Assembly: GCA_965203295.1 (NCBI GenBank)
Contig: CBDBCZ010000012.1
Span: forward strand, 544,001-608,000
Length of the DNA: 64,000 bases
From: Nitrospirales bacterium
Lineage (GTDB): Bacteria; Nitrospirota; Nitrospiria; Nitrospirales; UBA8639
Reading direction: 5' to 3'
The position numbers and the translations under genes were made by a program. A model generated the notes under the pieces. The model saw only the letters and a program-made list of their open reading frames with translations. It was not told where the DNA came from and ran no database searches. Position 1 is the stretch's first letter. Every line of letters starts with the position of its first letter. Shown here piece by piece: positions 59,980-64,000 of this stretch.

Positions 59980-62900
59980 CTGGGACCAGTGCTTTTTAGT
60001 TGTTGATTCATCTGCAGAGCAGATAGGCACCACTCTATATCACGAACTGCCGTGTCTGCTGCCCAGGTGTATCAGTGTGGCACCCCTCAGCTGCTACATG
60101 TACTGCCCTCACCATGGGTCCTTCACCTAAAAGCTAGGGGTGCCGAGTGGTGCTCTTGTCTCAGGCTGGTTCCAGTCTTCCTCATGGCAGTGCAATGAGA
60201 ACAGAGCAGCTGCTGGGCAGACTCATACTGAAATGGGCTTTAATCTCCTACCCTAATGCCTGGCGGTTGTCAACAGCTCAGTGATTAATTTTGTGCAGCA
60301 AGTTAGTACCTTTGCAATAATAATTTTATTTAAGGATACATCATAGTGTGCAGCTTGTGCTTAATTAGAAGGCGTAAACGGCACAGCATGGCGTGGAACA
60401 CTCATCTGGGTTACTCCCATAAACGAAGAAGGGTATACATGATGGGTGATTCAGCCTTAGCTTGTGTGTGGCATGTAGACTAAAAGAGACAAGGGTAAAA
60501 GCAGTGATAACATACGCATCTTTCTGTAAACAATTATTCGTCATGGTCACTGTCACACTTGACAAAATGTTTGCACCAGAATCTTTAGGTGGAACTGGTA
60601 TCATGCCTTCTGCTTCTGCATCGCTCTCTATTTCTTCATCTTCGCTTTCTTCTGCCTCCAAGAGTTCCTCTATTACTATGTCATTATCGTGCTTCTCCTG
60701 ATTCTGAGGGGGCTGATGATATATCACATTTACAACATTTTCCATCATTGTTATGAGGGTTTCTACAAATCTGGTGACACTAGCACCTGGGAGTGCACGG
60801 CTTGCACATTCTGAAGCAGTTTTTACATTCACTTGTAGACCCACCACAGCCACCCTTACAGCTGCATCCAGACCTGTTACTAGTGAGGAAAGTTGCTAAT
60901 ACAGACTCTTCATCCCCTATCTTCGACGGTGGACTTGCTCGAAGCCAGCTTTGCCTGCGGACAAAGTCGTGCCATTTAGCAAGGGTGTCTAAGGCAGCAA
61001 TGTCTGAGTAGGCTAACCATTTGAGTAGACGGGTCTTATCTTGTGGTAAAGGGGTAGTGCTCATTGACCTATGCAGTAAGTCTATTCTTTCACTACTAAA
61101 CAAAGTCTTATGTTTCAGTAAATGCACGCTGCACTAGCTTTCTCCAGGCGGTTTCATTAATGTTTGCAAGTGTATGTGCTTGTCTGCCAGAAATCCCCTG
61201 AACTAATTCGTTGAAAGGAATGTACATCAAGAGCATTCCCAAGTCCATTGTCAAGTTTCTACTTATTTCTTGTCTGGATGTGATTATGTTAGCTCTTTCT
61301 TTAGAACAGCTAAGATAACGTTTGTGTCCACTTTTGTTGAGTACGCTAGCTATAATATATGTAAAGATGGTGAATTGGTGTGCATGGCATACTTACCTGG
61401 CACTATTCCCTTTGGTCAAGTTGGGCCAGATAAGTGATACATTAGCGTGGCTCTTGTTGAAGTGTAGCATACTGGACAATGTAGTGTTTCACTATCTACT
61501 ATTACTTGGCAGGGTACTCAGGAGGAGAGAGCTTTTTTTCTAAACGAGGACAATATGTAAGCTATTACACTGTTTTTAGGTCCATGTTTGCTAGTAGCTG
61601 GTGGTATGTATTTCCATGAGGGATGGGAACATCGATATTAGCAGGGGCGTCGGAAGATTCTCATGGGTGGAGCGGCTGTGGCTATAGAGGCCGCGAAGTG
61701 GCTGTAATATTTTGCCACGTGCAGCGTCGAAAAAATTTCCGACCTATTTTTCAGCGGTAAAGAAGCAGCTCTCATAGCAGCTCGCTACACTGAAGGTCAT
61801 GCAGTAACATCACATAGCTATATATATATAATTCAACCCAATAATTTTTGCATAAAATTACAGTATCTACACTAGACTAAGTCTGTAGGCAGGAAGGTGC
61901 CCAGTCGGGTCTGGTGATGCTCTGACCCCCGCACAAACTCGTTGCCAATGTCCATGGTCGGTGAAGTTGGCTTGAAAGCTGCGGCGGACGACTGCAGATT
62001 TTCTGAATTCCCTCTTGTGTGAAAATTATGGCCTCTAGGTTGGTTGACTAAAGCTACACTCGAAGATGACTACGCATTACTACTCTATTTAATGCACCTA
62101 GGCTATAGTAATACAATATTTTTTATTTTATTATAGTGCTAATAATGCTTGCCGAAGAATTTTTTGGATGGCGCGTTCATATAGTATTAGGAATCGAGTG
62201 GGATAAACGTCTGTCTACTACATAGGAACTCAATGCGCCACTTTGGAGTGCAGATCCACGTGCCACTTACACAAGCGATGAACAAATGCGGGAACAAATT
62301 TAATACCAGCTGATTTAATATATATATAAAAAAAAATTGGCACGAAGAGTGGGGCGGCCATGGCCGCGGCGGCCGCTGCGGTTTCATCGCCCTTGATTAG
62401 TAGTAAATTCATCTGTACCCATTGTCCCTGTTTTACCAGAACGGGTAGTATGTAAAATTTTGCGGGATGGTGGCAAATACTGTGACTTATCTACAAATAT
62501 ACGAATATAACTTTTGCACCCCTTCCGATCCCAAGCTTCAGTACAATCCTGTCCCAGAGGTAGTTACTGAACGCTGCATCGCAGCAAGTGTACAAATATC
62601 TGGAGGAGGTGGCTGATGCAGAAAAAAATAGAAAATCAACTAGTATTACCATCAACAAAAGCACAGCCACTCAAATTCCTTTGTCTTGGGGTTAGAAAAT
62701 CTGAAAGGAGGATTGGTAAAAAAGGGACAGGTAGGTACAAATGGGTCATGTGATAAACTTGCACTTCCTGGAACACCTGAAAGCACTGAAAGTACAACAT
62801 CCCTGAATGTACAAAATCTAATTTTATTCTGAGAACACAGAGCTAGTGGAAATGGATAAGTCTGCTTGAAACCAGACCCAGGGGACGTTAATGAACGATA

Positions 62901-64000
62901 CACATGGCTGAAAAGAAGGGAGGCTTGATTTAATTCAACTGTCTAGCTGATGTTTTGACTGGTGTAAACGTGCATAGATTTTGGCGGCAGCGTTTCTGTC
63001 GAATTTTACTAGGTGGAGTGAGAACATACTGTCTGACGAACGAGAGCATTCTCTCATTGCCAATTTTCGATATGCTAAAGTGAATCTTTACATTGCCAGG
63101 ATCTAGAGCAGGAGGGGGTGATGCAAAAACAATACATAAGCATTGAGGTTGTGAGGAACTTTGAAACAAACAATGTGGAGTTATAGGCTCATATGAAATC
63201 CCAGCCCTGACAATGTGGAGTTATAGGCTCATATGAAATCCCAGCCCTGACACAGTGAGCCTTCTTATCTGTAGTCGTTGTGGAGGTGTATTGCAGTACG
63301 TACGAATCAAATGATGAAAGGGTATTTTTTAAATGTGACATGAAATCAGCAAGTTCCACCATTTTAAAATATGATGGCCTACTTGTAATTTGTTTAAGTT
63401 TTAAATTATGATTAACGATACTTTCATGAGCTTCATCTGATGTAATGTTGTGAAATGGTCTGCCTTTTACTTTAAACGCCCATTCCCCATTCTTGAAGTA
63501 CTTGAGCACATCTTCAGGATAGGTTAAACTATCTGCCAATGTGTACACGTTTAATTCGTCATATTTATCTTGTGCGTAAGCAAAAAAAAACTTCTGTTAG
63601 TATTCTTAAGGTACATGTAGTATTTCGCAAAAAAAACAATTTGCAGAACGAATTGCAAAATAAAATGTAAGCATGCAAATAAGGCAGAATTTGCATCTAA
63701 AAGCAGCAGCCCTCATTTGCAATACCTGTCCTTAAAGTACCTACCCACTTCCAGAAAGCATCACTAGAACCTGTATTTATACATATCAGAGCTTTGTAAA
63801 GAATGGGAACAACAGTTTCTTTAACCGCACACTTCAACAACACTTCATGCAGACTAACCTATAAGCTGTGTAGATCTTGTCACTGCAACTGATTAATATC
63901 TTTCTTGTGGCCACATTTCTTTCCAAATATGCTGAACACCCCTTTAAAATGATTCTCTTAATCGCCTCTGCTGCCGTCTTCGTTATATGCCAATCCCCAG
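59980..64000 (-). pseudogene. Decayed Academ-type transposase; runs off the window end
   Basis: LADSLTYPEDVLKYFKNGEW...GRPFH...DEAHE..N..LK catalytic-region-like block (63189-63548) and C-terminal Cys cluster GCSCKGGC..C..C..C..C..C.C..C.N (60740-60870); many stops and frameshifts. Confidence 0.65.
61642..62395. mobile_element. hAT-like non-autonomous insertion with apparent 5-bp TSD
   Basis: CAGGGGCG...CGCCCTTG ends flanked by ATTAG on both sides; interrupts the decayed Academ-like sequence. Confidence 0.6.

Overview
Eukaryotic (animal-like) genomic DNA with short GT-AG introns and a very high transposon content. The TE repertoire resembles marine invertebrates such as sponges, but the taxon cannot be proven from this sequence. 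Host content is one clear gene, a 7-exon B-type cyclin (12867-15333, +) with CCAAT/CHR-like promoter motifs, plus one isolated probable exon (1360-1554). The rest is mobile DNA: a Crypton tyrosine-recombinase element with a single nonsense codon and hairpin-ended relatives; many AcademH-type MITEs (YAG...CTR ends, 9-bp TSDs, one carrying a RecQ N-terminal fragment); decayed Academ, hAT and Helitron fragments; and a large Helentron-type element whose Rep/PIF1/OTU gene is disrupted. The most striking item is nested inside the Helentron region: an apparently intact 10.9-kb TIR transposon (33910-44816, ATAA TSD) filled by two divergently transcribed spliced genes. One encodes a Sola/DUF7869-like DDD transposase. 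The other encodes a ParB/Srx-like protein followed by a degenerate amino-DNA-methyltransferase-like region. The last intron of each gene carries an array of the palindrome TTGAAATTTCAA. All family assignments are from motif recognition by eye; no database search was run.
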